A stretch of 64,000 nucleotides of DNA from an uncultured Sphaerobacteraceae bacterium (GTDB lineage: Bacteria > Chloroflexota > Chloroflexia > Thermomicrobiales > UBA6265), in assembly GCA_964461025.1 (NCBI GenBank), contig CAYWSE010000001.1, positions 56,414 through 120,413 on the forward strand. The letters are read 5' to 3'. Positions 35,109 to 44,801 of the stretch are shown piece by piece. Within the stretch, counting starts at the first letter, position 1. Each line of letters starts with the position of its first letter. Below the pieces are notes generated by a model. That model was not told the origin of the DNA. It was given only the letters and a program-made list of their open reading frames with translations, and did no database searches. A program made the translations under genes and the position numbers.

Positions 35109-37493
35109 TCATGCCTGCGGCGCGATCCTCACGAATCCCGATGCGGACCCATCCAGCCGTCCCCGATCACCAACAATCTCGTGATATTCCCCGGCAATCC
35201 ACGAGCGGAACTGATCCTCGTAATGCGGACTTCCTGGCTGTCCCGATTGGCCGAGGTTCTGGCAAACGGATAGAGCAAACTCCTCGCCCATATCCGCGAC
35301 CACCTGAAGCTCGGCGCCACTCGTCGATTCGAAAGTCGCTCCGAGTCCGGTATTCCGGACCGTCGAGACTCCTCCCGAAACACCCTCCGGTCCAACGTCG
35401 AACAATGCAGCGGTCACGCCATTCGACAAGGGATGACGAAAGTGCGCCGCGTGGATATCCCCCCATCGCCAACCCTTCGATTCTGGTCCGTATCGCTCCT
35501 GGACAGCCGCGAACGACTCTTTCACACACCGCTCCAGAATCGCCCTGGCGTCCTCCGCGAACCAGCCAAGCGACGGGTCTTCCAGAACCGCCGTCGCCGC
35601 CGATCCCATTCCCGTCACCACCGGCAGCAGATGCTCTGGAAAACGCTCGGCATAGACACACGTGAACCACCGCTGCCGAAACATCTCGAACACGACCGGT
35701 GGTCTCGAGTCGCGCTCATAATGGAAGTCCCAACCATTGAGAATCTCCAGAAACGCCGCCACGTCCGGGTCAGCAGACCCCGCCAGAGCAGACGCCACCA
35801 GCTTCGTCAGTCGTTCCGCGAATGGCGAAAAGGTATCGAGCTGGAGTCGCCTGCACGCCGCGCGATCAAACGCATCTACCTCCGCGAGCATCTCCCGGAT
35901 ACGCCTGGCCCGGTCTCCAGCGGCAAATGCGCCGTAGATTGGCACCGGAAAATCAACCGGCGCGGTTCGATTGTTCGCGGAGATTACATACCCAGTTGCT
36001 GGATTGTCCACCCGGGGCATCGCATCGAATGCGGCAAACCCGGTCCAGGCATCGTTCGGCTCGTTTGCCTTGCGGTACCCACGTGTCACCCGCCCCCGAA
36101 CCGGAATTGCGGCGGTGCATTGATACCTTGCCGAGCCATTCTCTCCCGCGACAATCCAGTTGAATGTCGGCAGTACCCACGATCTCAGCGCCGACCGGAA
36201 CTCCTCCCAATCGCCCGCCCGGTTCATCGCAATCAGCGCTCCCACACTGTCGATCGGCTGTTGTCCCACCCAACGCATCGAGAGCGGTGGATCACCATTC
36301 GGGTCCACCGGCGACAGCAGGTGATTAACGATCGGCCCCCGGCTGCTCTCCCGTATCACCAGACGCTCCGGCTCGCGACCCGCTACGGAAATATCAACCG
36401 TCCGCGTGGCGAATGGCGTCCACCTGTCCCCATCCAGATACGCATCGCCGCTCGCGTCCACCTCTTCGATGTAGAGGTCGCGCAGCGACGTGTTGTTGTT
36501 CGTGAATCCCCAGGCGAGAGTGCGGTTGCGACCCAGGATGACTCCAGGCGCGCCGGCGAAAATCGCCCCCATCACGTCATCGTCGGGACCAACGAGATGA
36601 CACTCGTACCAAGTCGATGGCAACCCGAAGGGCAAGTGCGGGTCGCTGCCCATCACCCCACCACCTGATGCGGTCAACGCGCCGCTGACTGCCCAGTTGT
36701 TGCTCCCGGTTAGTCCGGAATCGCTACCAGCCTGGAGATTGCTCGCGATCGATGCGCCACCAGGAACGATCGTCTCCTCAGGAAACTCTGGCGTCATCGC
36801 GACATCCAGCAGCCGGCTCTCCTGAAGCGTGCGCAGGCAAGCCTCACCCGCCACAATACTGGCCAGACGCCCATTCAACTGCCACCAGAATCCCCGCACC
36901 GCGGCAAGTACATCGATAGGTCGCCACGGTTCGGGTTCATAGCCAAGCAGGTCGAATTCGATCGGCAGATTGCCAATCTGCAATTCCACCAGGCGATTGA
37001 TGCCCGCGGTGAACGCTTCCAGCACGTCGTGCGCTGTCTCGCTCATTGCGGCAGCATCGGCCTCCGCATGCCGGTCTGAGCCAATCGTCCGATGCTGGAC
37101 ATCGGAGCTCAGTGACCCCGCGCCCGCCACCTCGGACAACCGTCCAAGTCCTCGCCGCCGGAGCATATCCATCTGCCACAGACGGTCCTGGGCCAGGGCA
37201 AATCCCAGCCCGAAAAAGAGATCGGCGCTGCTCTGCGCGGAAATGCGAGGAATGCCAAGAGGGTCGCGGAGAATCTCGACCGGCCCCGTCACCGCCCCCC
37301 GGATCGACAACTCTTGCTTCGGCAATCGTTCAGCCAGGTCCCGGCGGATCGCCTCCCGGACGTCAGCGACTGGTGCGGCGCCCAATTCTCCCGAGCGCAT
37401 GATCTCCAGCAATGCGCTTCTGCCGAACTCCATCGTTGCTCCCCCGCCACCAGGTGTTGCCGGCCCTGAAGAGGCCGCGGCATCAATCGCCAA
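35109..37493 (-). CDS. penicillin acylase-family (peptidase S45, Ntn hydrolase) protein
   Basis: DLFFGLGFALAQDRLWQMDMLRR and TGSNNWAVSG (nucleophile Ser of the beta chain). Confidence 0.87.
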   Translation of the reverse strand: MAIDAAASSGPATPGGGGATMEFGRSALLEIMRSGELGAAPVADVREAIRRDLAERLPKQELSIRGAVTGPVEILRDPLGIPRISAQSSADLFFGLGFALAQDRLWQMDMLRRRGLGRLSEVAGAGSLSSDVQHRTIGSDRHAEADAAAMSETAHDVLEAFTAGINRLVELQIGNLPIEFDLLGYEPEPWRPIDVLAAVRGFWWQLNGRLASIVAGEACLRTLQESRLLDVAMTPEFPEETIVPGGASIASNLQAGSDSGLTGSNNWAVSGALTASGGGVMGSDPHLPFGLPSTWYECHLVGPDDDVMGAIFAGAPGVILGRNRTLAWGFTNNNTSLRDLYIEEVDASGDAYLDGDRWTPFATRTVDISVAGREPERLVIRESSRGPIVNHLLSPVDPNGDPPLSMRWVGQQPIDSVGALIAMNRAGDWEEFRSALRSWVLPTFNWIVAGENGSARYQCTAAIPVRGRVTRGYRKANEPNDAWTGFAAFDAMPRVDNPATGYVISANNRTAPVDFPVPIYGAFAAGDRARRIREMLAEVDAFDRAACRRLQLDTFSPFAERLTKLVASALAGSADPDVAAFLEILNGWDFHYERDSRPPVVFEMFRQRWFTCVYAERFPEHLLPVVTGMGSAATAVLEDPSLGWFAEDARAILERCVKESFAAVQERYGPESKGWRWGDIHAAHFRHPLSNGVTAALFDVGPEGVSGGVSTVRNTGLGATFESTSGAELQVVADMGEEFALSVCQNLGQSGQPGSPHYEDQFRSWIAGEYHEIVGDRGRLDGSASGFVRIAPQA

Positions 37494-38559
37494 ACCGGAA
37501 CAATCGTTTCAGATTTCCGCCCAGAATGGCGTCCATCTCTTCTGGTGCAATGAATCCAGCGTGTCGCCGCAGATACTCCAGCGACTGGGCATAAGTGCAA
37601 TGCCGGAGCACATTCGGAATGTCTGATCCCCACGCAAACGCCCTCGCACCGCACGAGTGGAAAATGATGCGAATCTCTTCCAGGGCCTCGTGATAGGGGT
37701 ACTCCTGATGCCCACCCACGGAAATGGGATAGAGCAGCTCGAAACAGACCTGACCAGTACTCGCCAGCTCCACAATCACCGCGGGAAGCTGTTTCACATC
37801 GTGATCGACAACCGATCCGGCCAGCCCGCCGGGAACGACCATGTTCAGGTTCGGGCAACGTTCCAGCAACCGCTGCCACCGACGGAACTGCCCGAGGTAG
37901 CCTTCATTCCCTGAACCGATCGCCGCGCCCGGCACCCAGTACGTGACCAGTCCCAGCTGCTCGACAGTCCGCCAGAAGGGGAGCTGTTCGTCACTGTCCA
38001 CCTCGTTCGCGTTCGTGCCCGTCCAATACGTCCTGCTATCGAAGAAAATCCCCCGCAGCCCAAGCTGGCCGGCAGCCGCGTGCAGGTCATCGATCATCGA
38101 TTGCTCACCGACTCGCGTTTCGTCGACGTGGGCCGTGCCGATCAAGCGACCAGGATACCGGGCGACCGCCTCAGCGAACATCGCATCGAGCGCTCCGTAG
38201 AAATGATCGTTCTGAAGAATCGCCAGGTCGATGCCCGCATAGTCCATTTCCGCAATGAGGTAATCCGCATCGCAGGCATTGTCGACGAGCGACGGAGGCA
38301 TGAACTGCTTGTAATACTCGACCCCGTCTATGCTCCATTCAAACCGGCCAAAACGCCCGACATGGAAACCAATCTCCTGCATTCCCGCGGGAGAAAAGTC
38401 GTCCGGGTCCCAAATCTGATGAGGTACGATGGCATTATCCGACGTCCGCCGGACAGGTTGCCGGTTTCCGTTCAAACCTCGCTGCAGAAACGCGAGATGG
38501 CGTTCCCCGGGGGCATGCTGCAGGAACGGAAAAACATGCGCGTGCGCGTCGATGATCAT
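37483..38559 (-). CDS. amidohydrolase-2-family metal-dependent hydrolase
   Basis: MIIDAHAHVF N-terminus. It overlaps the acylase start by 11 nt. Confidence 0.78.
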   Translation of the reverse strand: MIIDAHAHVFPFLQHAPGERHLAFLQRGLNGNRQPVRRTSDNAIVPHQIWDPDDFSPAGMQEIGFHVGRFGRFEWSIDGVEYYKQFMPPSLVDNACDADYLIAEMDYAGIDLAILQNDHFYGALDAMFAEAVARYPGRLIGTAHVDETRVGEQSMIDDLHAAAGQLGLRGIFFDSRTYWTGTNANEVDSDEQLPFWRTVEQLGLVTYWVPGAAIGSGNEGYLGQFRRWQRLLERCPNLNMVVPGGLAGSVVDHDVKQLPAVIVELASTGQVCFELLYPISVGGHQEYPYHEALEEIRIIFHSCGARAFAWGSDIPNVLRHCTYAQSLEYLRRHAGFIAPEEMDAILGGNLKRLFRFGD

Positions 38560-38660
38560 CGGTGTCGCCAGTTTTCCTCACGATGAGAACAAATCACTTG
38601 ACGATCACCCGAAAGCGCTTGCGCAGACAAGAGTGAAGATATGATATAGAATAAAATGCA

Positions 38661-38675
38661 GACGATACAATCGTC
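38661..38675. promoter_or_regulatory. candidate operator palindrome GACGAT-ACA-ATCGTC in a divergent promoter region
   Basis: Perfect 6+3+6 palindrome in the AT-rich spacer between the divergent operons. A third TTGACGAT half-site lies at 38598-38605. The link to the GntR regulator is an assumption. Confidence 0.3.
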
Positions 38676-38758
38676 AAGAATGGTTGTGTGGGCACCCCCG
38701 GATCGTGCTGATCCTGACTCGTCCACACGTTCGTTGGGCACGTGGAGGTCATGTACTG

Positions 38759-40384
38759 ATGGCATCGAAAAGCATCATTCCGGCCGGAACGCTTCCGTTG
38801 AATCAGTCACTCAGCAGACGTGAGCTCGGTCGCCGGGCTGCCGCGGCAGGATTGGCCATTCCCGCAGTTTCCTCGTTGACCGGCGTGCACACGCTTCTTC
38901 CACGAGGCGCTGCCGCTCAGACCGCCGGCGGCACGACAGTCTGGGCGGCAGAGTCCGACCCCGTCAGCCTCGATCCCATTGTCGATAGTGGCTTTGCGGC
39001 AACACAGGCATTCGAGCATTCATACGAAAGCCTGACCGGCTATGACGAGAACCTCAACATCGTCCCCGCCCTCGCCGAAAGCTGGGAAACGCCGGACGAT
39101 CTGACCTACATCTTCCACCTTCGTCAGGGTGTGAAGTTCCACGACGGCAGCGACTTCACCGCCGAGGATGTGAAGTACACCTTCGACTTCGTCATCGATC
39201 AGGACGGCCCCGCCGGTTGGCGCGTCAACTTCAGTCAGGTCGAGTCTGTCGAGATCATCGATTCGCACACGGTGCAATTCAACAACAACTCTCCTTTCCC
39301 CGGTCTCCTCGGAGCCATGGCCATTCTGCGAAGCTCGATGGTGGTCAAGCAAGGAGCGTTCGAGTCTCCGGACCTGGCCACGTCGATCAATGGGACCGGT
39401 CCATTCAAGCTCATCGAATACGTTCCCAAGGACTACATCCTTTATCAGCGCAATCCCGACTACTGGGGCGCACCGTTGCCAAACATCGAGGAAGTCACCT
39501 TCAAAATCCTCGAGGATGAAGAAACACGCATAGCCGGCTTGCGCGGCGGATCACTCGACTACGCCGCGCTATCCACGGACGGCATGCTCCGCCTGGAGGG
39601 CGATGACAGTTTCGTGATCACCAGCGCCCCCCGTTGTTATCTCTACATACTTCAGCTCAACCCCCGGCGTCCCCACTGGTACCACCCGAGCGTTCGCAAG
39701 GCGATTGCCCTGGCGGTCAACCGGCAAGAGATCAGTGAAAAGGTCTTTTCCGGTGGTTTGCACTTGTCGGGCCCCATTCCTGAAGGCTTCGGCGACTGGG
39801 CTCTGCCCAGAGCGGAGCTTGAGGCGGTCTATACGGATGATCTCGACCAGGCGAGAGCGTTGCTGGCCGAAGGAGGCATTGAGGAGGGCGCCGAGCTTGA
39901 CTTCGTCGTCACCGCGTTCAATCAGTTCTTCCCGGGATTGGCTGTCGTCGTCGCCGATCAGCTAAGCCGAGTCGGAATCAATGTCAATATTCGGCAGCTC
40001 GAAACCGGCGTTTTCATCACGGAAACCGGGCCGGACGGCGGCTACAACTTTGACATGCAACCCAACGCGTTCTCTCCGCGTCACGATCCTGACGGGTTTG
40101 TTTTCCGCTTCCACTCCGATCAGATGCTGGCCAGCTCGGAAACATCGCTCGAAAGCCCCGAACTCGATGAACTGCTCGTTCAGGGGCGCACCACGATCGA
40201 TCCCGCGCTCCGCAAGGAGTACTACGACAGCGCCCAGCGCCTGCTGCTGGATCTGGCGCCGATGGTCTGGATCGGTAACGACAGCGTGATCGAGGCGGTC
40301 CGCACCAACATTCAGGGGTACACGCAGAGCCCATTCTCACGGAGAGACTGGGGTCTCAAGCACGCCTCGATCGAATCGGACTAG
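38759..40384 (+). CDS. ABC transporter substrate-binding protein, family 5 (peptide/nickel/opine type), Tat signal
   Basis: SRRELGRRAAAAGLAIPAV signal. YIFHLRQGVKFHDGSDFTAEDVKYTFD. Confidence 0.87.
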   Translation: MASKSIIPAGTLPLNQSLSRRELGRRAAAAGLAIPAVSSLTGVHTLLPRGAAAQTAGGTTVWAAESDPVSLDPIVDSGFAATQAFEHSYESLTGYDENLNIVPALAESWETPDDLTYIFHLRQGVKFHDGSDFTAEDVKYTFDFVIDQDGPAGWRVNFSQVESVEIIDSHTVQFNNNSPFPGLLGAMAILRSSMVVKQGAFESPDLATSINGTGPFKLIEYVPKDYILYQRNPDYWGAPLPNIEEVTFKILEDEETRIAGLRGGSLDYAALSTDGMLRLEGDDSFVITSAPRCYLYILQLNPRRPHWYHPSVRKAIALAVNRQEISEKVFSGGLHLSGPIPEGFGDWALPRAELEAVYTDDLDQARALLAEGGIEEGAELDFVVTAFNQFFPGLAVVVADQLSRVGINVNIRQLETGVFITETGPDGGYNFDMQPNAFSPRHDPDGFVFRFHSDQMLASSETSLESPELDELLVQGRTTIDPALRKEYYDSAQRLLLDLAPMVWIGNDSVIEAVRTNIQGYTQSPFSRRDWGLKHASIESD

Positions 40385-40413
40385 CCCGGAGTAGGGAATT
40401 TCTGCCAGAACGG

Positions 40414-40457
40414 GGCAGGCGCGCCGCACGCCATGTTGCGCGCCGTGCCTCCTTTTT
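40414..40457 (+). terminator. hairpin plus T-run between the SBP and permease genes (attenuator/terminator)
   Basis: GGCAGGCGCGC...GCGCGCCGTGCC forms a stem with one bulge, followed by TCCTTTTT. Confidence 0.5.
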
Positions 40458-40477
40458 GAAGGTGGGGCTCCACTGAC

Positions 40478-41428
40478 ATGAGCACATATCTCCTTCGTCG
40501 GCTGGCGCAAATGATTCCGACCATCATCGGGATTTCGATCCTCGTGTTCGGTCTCATGCGCCTCCTTCCTGGCGATATCGTGTCCCTCATGACGAATCCG
40601 GACAACCCCATGCCGGAGGATCAGCGCGAAACGCTCCGCCGGATGTTCGGGCTCAATGACCCCATTTACGTCCAATATGCAAAATGGGCCGGTGGCGTGC
40701 TTCAGGGTGATCTGGGAATCTCACTTCGGATGTCGACACCAGTCACAAGTTTGCTCTTCCAGCGGCTCGGCGTCACCCTGGAGCTCGCAATGCTCTCAGT
40801 CGCCCTTTCCACGATGGTGGCCGTGCCACTCGGTGTGATCGCTGCAATGCGGCCAAACGGCCTCATGGCCACAGTCGTCCAGATTCTCGGTCTCGTCGGA
40901 TTGTCGTTTCCAAGCTTCTGGATAGCGACCATGCTGCTCCTGGTGACGTCGCTGTATCTGGGCTGGCAACCACAGATGGTCTGGGTCAGCCCATTTGAGG
41001 ACCTGCGTGGCAATCTGGAGCAAATGCTCCTTCCTGTCCTCTCGCTCAGCCTTGGGCTGATTGCCGTTGTCATGCGCATGACACGTTCGACCATGCTTGA
41101 CACATTGAGTCAGGACTATGTCCGCACGGCCCGGGCCAAGGGAAACCGCGAACGCATCGTCATTTGGCGGCACGCCTTCAAGAACGCCTTGATTCCAATC
41201 ATTACCGTCGTTGGGCTGCAAATCGGCGGGCTTCTTGGCGGCGCGGTGGTGATCGAGCAGATTTTCGGGCTCCCCGGAATCGGCTGGCTGATCCTCAACG
41301 CGATCTATCAGCGCGACTACCCGGTGGTTCAGGGAGGCGTGCTCTTTGTTGCTCTTGGATTCCTCTTTGTCAATCTGATTGTCGATTTGCTGTACGCGGC
41401 GGTCAATCCCCGCATTCGATACACGTGA
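40478..41428 (+). CDS. ABC transporter permease (DppB/OppB type)
   Basis: MSTYLLRRLAQMIPTIIGISILVF N-terminus, DYVRTARAKG and an EAA-loop region. Confidence 0.9.
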   Translation: MSTYLLRRLAQMIPTIIGISILVFGLMRLLPGDIVSLMTNPDNPMPEDQRETLRRMFGLNDPIYVQYAKWAGGVLQGDLGISLRMSTPVTSLLFQRLGVTLELAMLSVALSTMVAVPLGVIAAMRPNGLMATVVQILGLVGLSFPSFWIATMLLLVTSLYLGWQPQMVWVSPFEDLRGNLEQMLLPVLSLSLGLIAVVMRMTRSTMLDTLSQDYVRTARAKGNRERIVIWRHAFKNALIPIITVVGLQIGGLLGGAVVIEQIFGLPGIGWLILNAIYQRDYPVVQGGVLFVALGFLFVNLIVDLLYAAVNPRIRYT

Positions 41429-41468
41429 GGGTTCCTCAGCGAATGGTTCGGAATCGATGTGAGCAGCC

Positions 41469-42368
41469 ATGGCCGCAACGATGACATCCGTCGAATCCGT
41501 CCGTCTTGGCGGAGCCTCCGATCGTGCTCAGGGCATCGTGCGCACGACACTCCGCGGAATCGTTCGAACGCCAGTCGGCGCGATCGGCATGGGAATCGTT
41601 CTGCTGCTGATTGTCAGCGCACTCTTCGCACCTTGGCTGGCGCCATTCGATCCCATTGCCCAACCTGCCACTCGGCTCCTGCCTCCTGGAAACCCGTACT
41701 GGCTCGGCACTGATCAGTTCGGCCGTGACACTCTGAGCCGCATCATTTACGGAGCGCGTGTGGCGCTGATGGTCGGCGTGATCTCCGTCACCATCGCCCT
41801 GGCCATCGGGGGCACACTCGGACTCATCTCAGGCTTCTACCTTGGCGTCGTCGATAGCCTGATTCAGCGCGTCGTCGACACGATGTTGGCCTTTCCGGGA
41901 CTGATTCTGATCATTGCGATTTCCAGTGTGCTCGGCCCCAGTATGGCCACGGCGATGCTGGCGATCGGCATCGTTCAATCCTCCGGCTTCGCCCGAATCG
42001 TTCGCGGTTCGGTGCTTGTCGTCATGCAGGAGCAATATGTGGAAAGCGCCCGTTCGGTCGGAGTCAGACCCGTCCGGATCATGGCTCGCTACCTGTTGCC
42101 GAATATCTCCGCGCCGCTCATCGTCCAGACAACGCTTGCCTTCTCGACTGCAATTCTGGCTGAAGCAGGACTGTCTTTTCTCGGTCTCGGAACGCAGCCT
42201 CCCGACCCATCCTGGGGAACGATGCTGGGAGACGGGAGAAGGTACATGGAACTGGCGCCGGCTGTGGCGATCTTCCCTGGACTGGCAATCTCGATAGCCG
42301 TACTCGGATTTAACCTGCTCGGCGACGCGCTGCGCGATCAACTCGATCCAACCATGCGAACCCGCTGA
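41469..42368 (+). CDS. ABC transporter permease (DppC/OppC type)
   Basis: WLGTDQFGRDTLSRIIYG and the AEAGLSFLGLG...PSWG motif. Confidence 0.9.
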   Translation: MAATMTSVESVRLGGASDRAQGIVRTTLRGIVRTPVGAIGMGIVLLLIVSALFAPWLAPFDPIAQPATRLLPPGNPYWLGTDQFGRDTLSRIIYGARVALMVGVISVTIALAIGGTLGLISGFYLGVVDSLIQRVVDTMLAFPGLILIIAISSVLGPSMATAMLAIGIVQSSGFARIVRGSVLVVMQEQYVESARSVGVRPVRIMARYLLPNISAPLIVQTTLAFSTAILAEAGLSFLGLGTQPPDPSWGTMLGDGRRYMELAPAVAIFPGLAISIAVLGFNLLGDALRDQLDPTMRTR

Positions 42369-43025
42369 TCAGGTGTTACCCGCAACCCAGTCATTGAGCA
42401 ACCTGTCGCGAGAGTGGTTGAGATGCGAGACGATCGAATTCGACACCTCCTCGGCATCGCCAAGCTTGCACGCCGCGATGATCTCGACGTGATCCTGCCC
42501 GATCGCAGTTTCTGCTCCCGCCATCGCGGTGCTGGCGAACATGTACCTGCTGCACCGGCGCCAGAGCATATCGACGCTGTCCAACCACCGCTGTGACCCG
42601 GCCGCTCGGTAGAGAATGGTGTGAAACTGTTTGTCCTGTTCGAGAAACGCGACCCAGTCTCCCTTGCGCTCGTTCATCTGGCAAACAGCATCTTCCATCT
42701 TTGCCAGGTCGTCATCAGTCAACCGTCGGACCGCTCGCGCCGCCACCATCGCTTCGAGCCCGGATCGCATGGCATACAGTTCGAGGATCTCTTCGAGATC
42801 CATGGCCGTAACCACAGCGCCTTTGTGCGCGATCTGCACAACGAGGCCCTCCGCCTCGAGTGCACGGAGTGCTTCGCGAACCGGCGTCATGCTCAAACCA
42901 AATTGCTTTGAGATATCTTCCAGGATCAGACGTGATCCTGGTGCGATCTCCTGCGTGATGATCGACTCTCGAAGCATATCCAGTGCAACCGCGCGTTTTG
43001 TCCTGAACTCGGCAACGGCCTGCAT
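42369..43025 (-). CDS. GntR-family transcriptional regulator (FCD/FadR type)
   Basis: LILEDISKQFGLSMTPVREALRALEAEGLV is a winged HTH. The C-terminal domain is helical. Confidence 0.82.
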   Translation of the reverse strand: MQAVAEFRTKRAVALDMLRESIITQEIAPGSRLILEDISKQFGLSMTPVREALRALEAEGLVVQIAHKGAVVTAMDLEEILELYAMRSGLEAMVAARAVRRLTDDDLAKMEDAVCQMNERKGDWVAFLEQDKQFHTILYRAAGSQRWLDSVDMLWRRCSRYMFASTAMAGAETAIGQDHVEIIAACKLGDAEEVSNSIVSHLNHSRDRLLNDWVAGNT

Positions 43026-43233
43026 GGCGCTAACCTCTTGCAGCGAGACGCTGCTTCTGTAAAGGATCGGCCGCTCGATGAGCGCTCGGTCCACGAACCA
43101 CACGACAATTCGTCAGGGACAGTCTCTTCGATTCGATGAGTCTGTATCTGATATGGTACCGAATATCAAATATCGAGTTCAACGTCGTTCATCCAGCGTC
43201 ATGTTGAGGGCACCATCCCAGGAGAAACAGACC

Positions 43234-44001
43234 ATGTCGAACAGGGCGCCTGAGAAACGCGGCCAGGTCGTTCTCATCACCGGAGGGGGAAAAGGCATCG
43301 GACGACTCCTGGCGACGGAGTTCGCCCGGAGTGGTTCGCGTGTCGCAATTGCCAGCCGCACGAAGTCTGATCTTGATGCCGTGCTTGAAGAACTTGCCAC
43401 GATCGCCCCGGGGCAAGCACACGGATTCGCCGCCGACGTGCGCTCGGATTCCAGTGTCGACGCACTGTTTGACTCTGTTACTGACGTGTTTGGCAGGGTC
43501 GATGTGCTAGTCAACAATGCCGGCGTCTACATCAACCGACCCGCTCATGAGACGTCCGAAGAAGAATGGGACATCATGATTGACACGAACCTCAAGGGAG
43601 TTTTCCTCTGCTCGCGCCGTGCCGCACAGGAGATGTCTGGTTCCGGCGGTGGACGCATCGTCTCGATTTCATCAGTGCTTTCACACGTCGCTCAGCATGG
43701 CTACGCAGCATACGGAGCCTCGAAAGCCGGGGTCGAACAATTGACACGCGTCCTTGCGCTGGAGTTTGCCCACCTGCAAATTACTGTGAACGCCGTCGCC
43801 CCGACAAGTACCATCACCCGCGAAACGGCCGAGCGACTCTCGACTCCCGAGTCACTGGCCCGCGCTGAGTCTGTTATTCCGCTCGGGAGGTTCTGCGATG
43901 CCAGCGACGTGATTGGCGCAGTCATGTATTTTGCCGGCCCCGACGCCAGTTTCGTAACCGGGCAGACGCTCTACGTCGATGGTGGCTTCAGCCTACCTTG
44001 A
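43234..44001 (+). CDS. SDR-family oxidoreductase
   Basis: VVLITGGGKGIGR, NNAG and YGASKAG. ATG 43234 has GGAGAA upstream. Confidence 0.87.
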   Translation: MSNRAPEKRGQVVLITGGGKGIGRLLATEFARSGSRVAIASRTKSDLDAVLEELATIAPGQAHGFAADVRSDSSVDALFDSVTDVFGRVDVLVNNAGVYINRPAHETSEEEWDIMIDTNLKGVFLCSRRAAQEMSGSGGGRIVSISSVLSHVAQHGYAAYGASKAGVEQLTRVLALEFAHLQITVNAVAPTSTITRETAERLSTPESLARAESVIPLGRFCDASDVIGAVMYFAGPDASFVTGQTLYVDGGFSLP

Positions 44002-44058
44002 TTGCTGTCCATTCGCTCGAGCAGGAACGCCCACGCCGGTCCGCCAAGCGCGACCAAC

Positions 44059-44796
44059 CTACGCCAGCTCCTGAAGCGCCGCAAGAGCGCCAACAGCTCC
44101 CGTGATGATCAGCAGGATCAGCACCACGCGGCGAAAGGTCGCCTGCGAGATGCGCCGGGTCAGGTGCTGCCCGGCCCAGGTGCCGAGCAGGGCAGCCGGA
44201 AGCATTGCCATCGAAATTGTCAGCTCGCGCCGGTTGACGAGTCCTTCGTTCACCAGCGCGATGAAACCCGTGATGCTGATCAGATAGAAAAACGCGGTGA
44301 GGCTCCCCCGAAAAACCTGCGTGGCGTATTCACGTGCCGAGAAGAGCAGCACGGCGGGCGGACCCGCCATCCCGGTGGCGGTATTCAGAAACCCGCTGCA
44401 GAACCCAGCGATCGGTCCCGAAATGGGAGCATGAGCGCCAGGAAAGGCGCGACCGCGCAAAAGCAGAATGGCCGACGTGATCACCACCGCGCTGGCCATC
44501 AGCTTGATATAGGAGGCATCCAGCTCCGAGAGTATCCACGCGCCCGCGAACGAACCGATGAACCCGGTTGGCGCCATCACCGCCACCGCGCTCCAGCGAA
44601 TACTTCCCCAGGCGTCGATCAACACCAACCAGCGCGTCACAAGCGTGAGTACGATCACCACCGTCGTGATCGTCACCGGGTCAAACACGAGCAGCAGCGG
44701 CGGCACGATCACCAGCGAAAATCCGAACGCTGCCATGCCGGAAACAGCTGCCCCGACGGCGATCATGACGAAGGCGAAGACGTACTGCAACTCCAT
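44059..44796 (-). CDS. TauE/SafE (TSUP) family anion exporter
   Basis: GFGFSLVIVPPLLLVF and GFLNTATGMAGPPAVL. The start is taken at MELQYV. Confidence 0.8.
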   Translation of the reverse strand: MELQYVFAFVMIAVGAAVSGMAAFGFSLVIVPPLLLVFDPVTITTVVIVLTLVTRWLVLIDAWGSIRWSAVAVMAPTGFIGSFAGAWILSELDASYIKLMASAVVITSAILLLRGRAFPGAHAPISGPIAGFCSGFLNTATGMAGPPAVLLFSAREYATQVFRGSLTAFFYLISITGFIALVNEGLVNRRELTISMAMLPAALLGTWAGQHLTRRISQATFRRVVLILLIITGAVGALAALQELA

Positions 44797-44801
44797 ACGG
44801 A

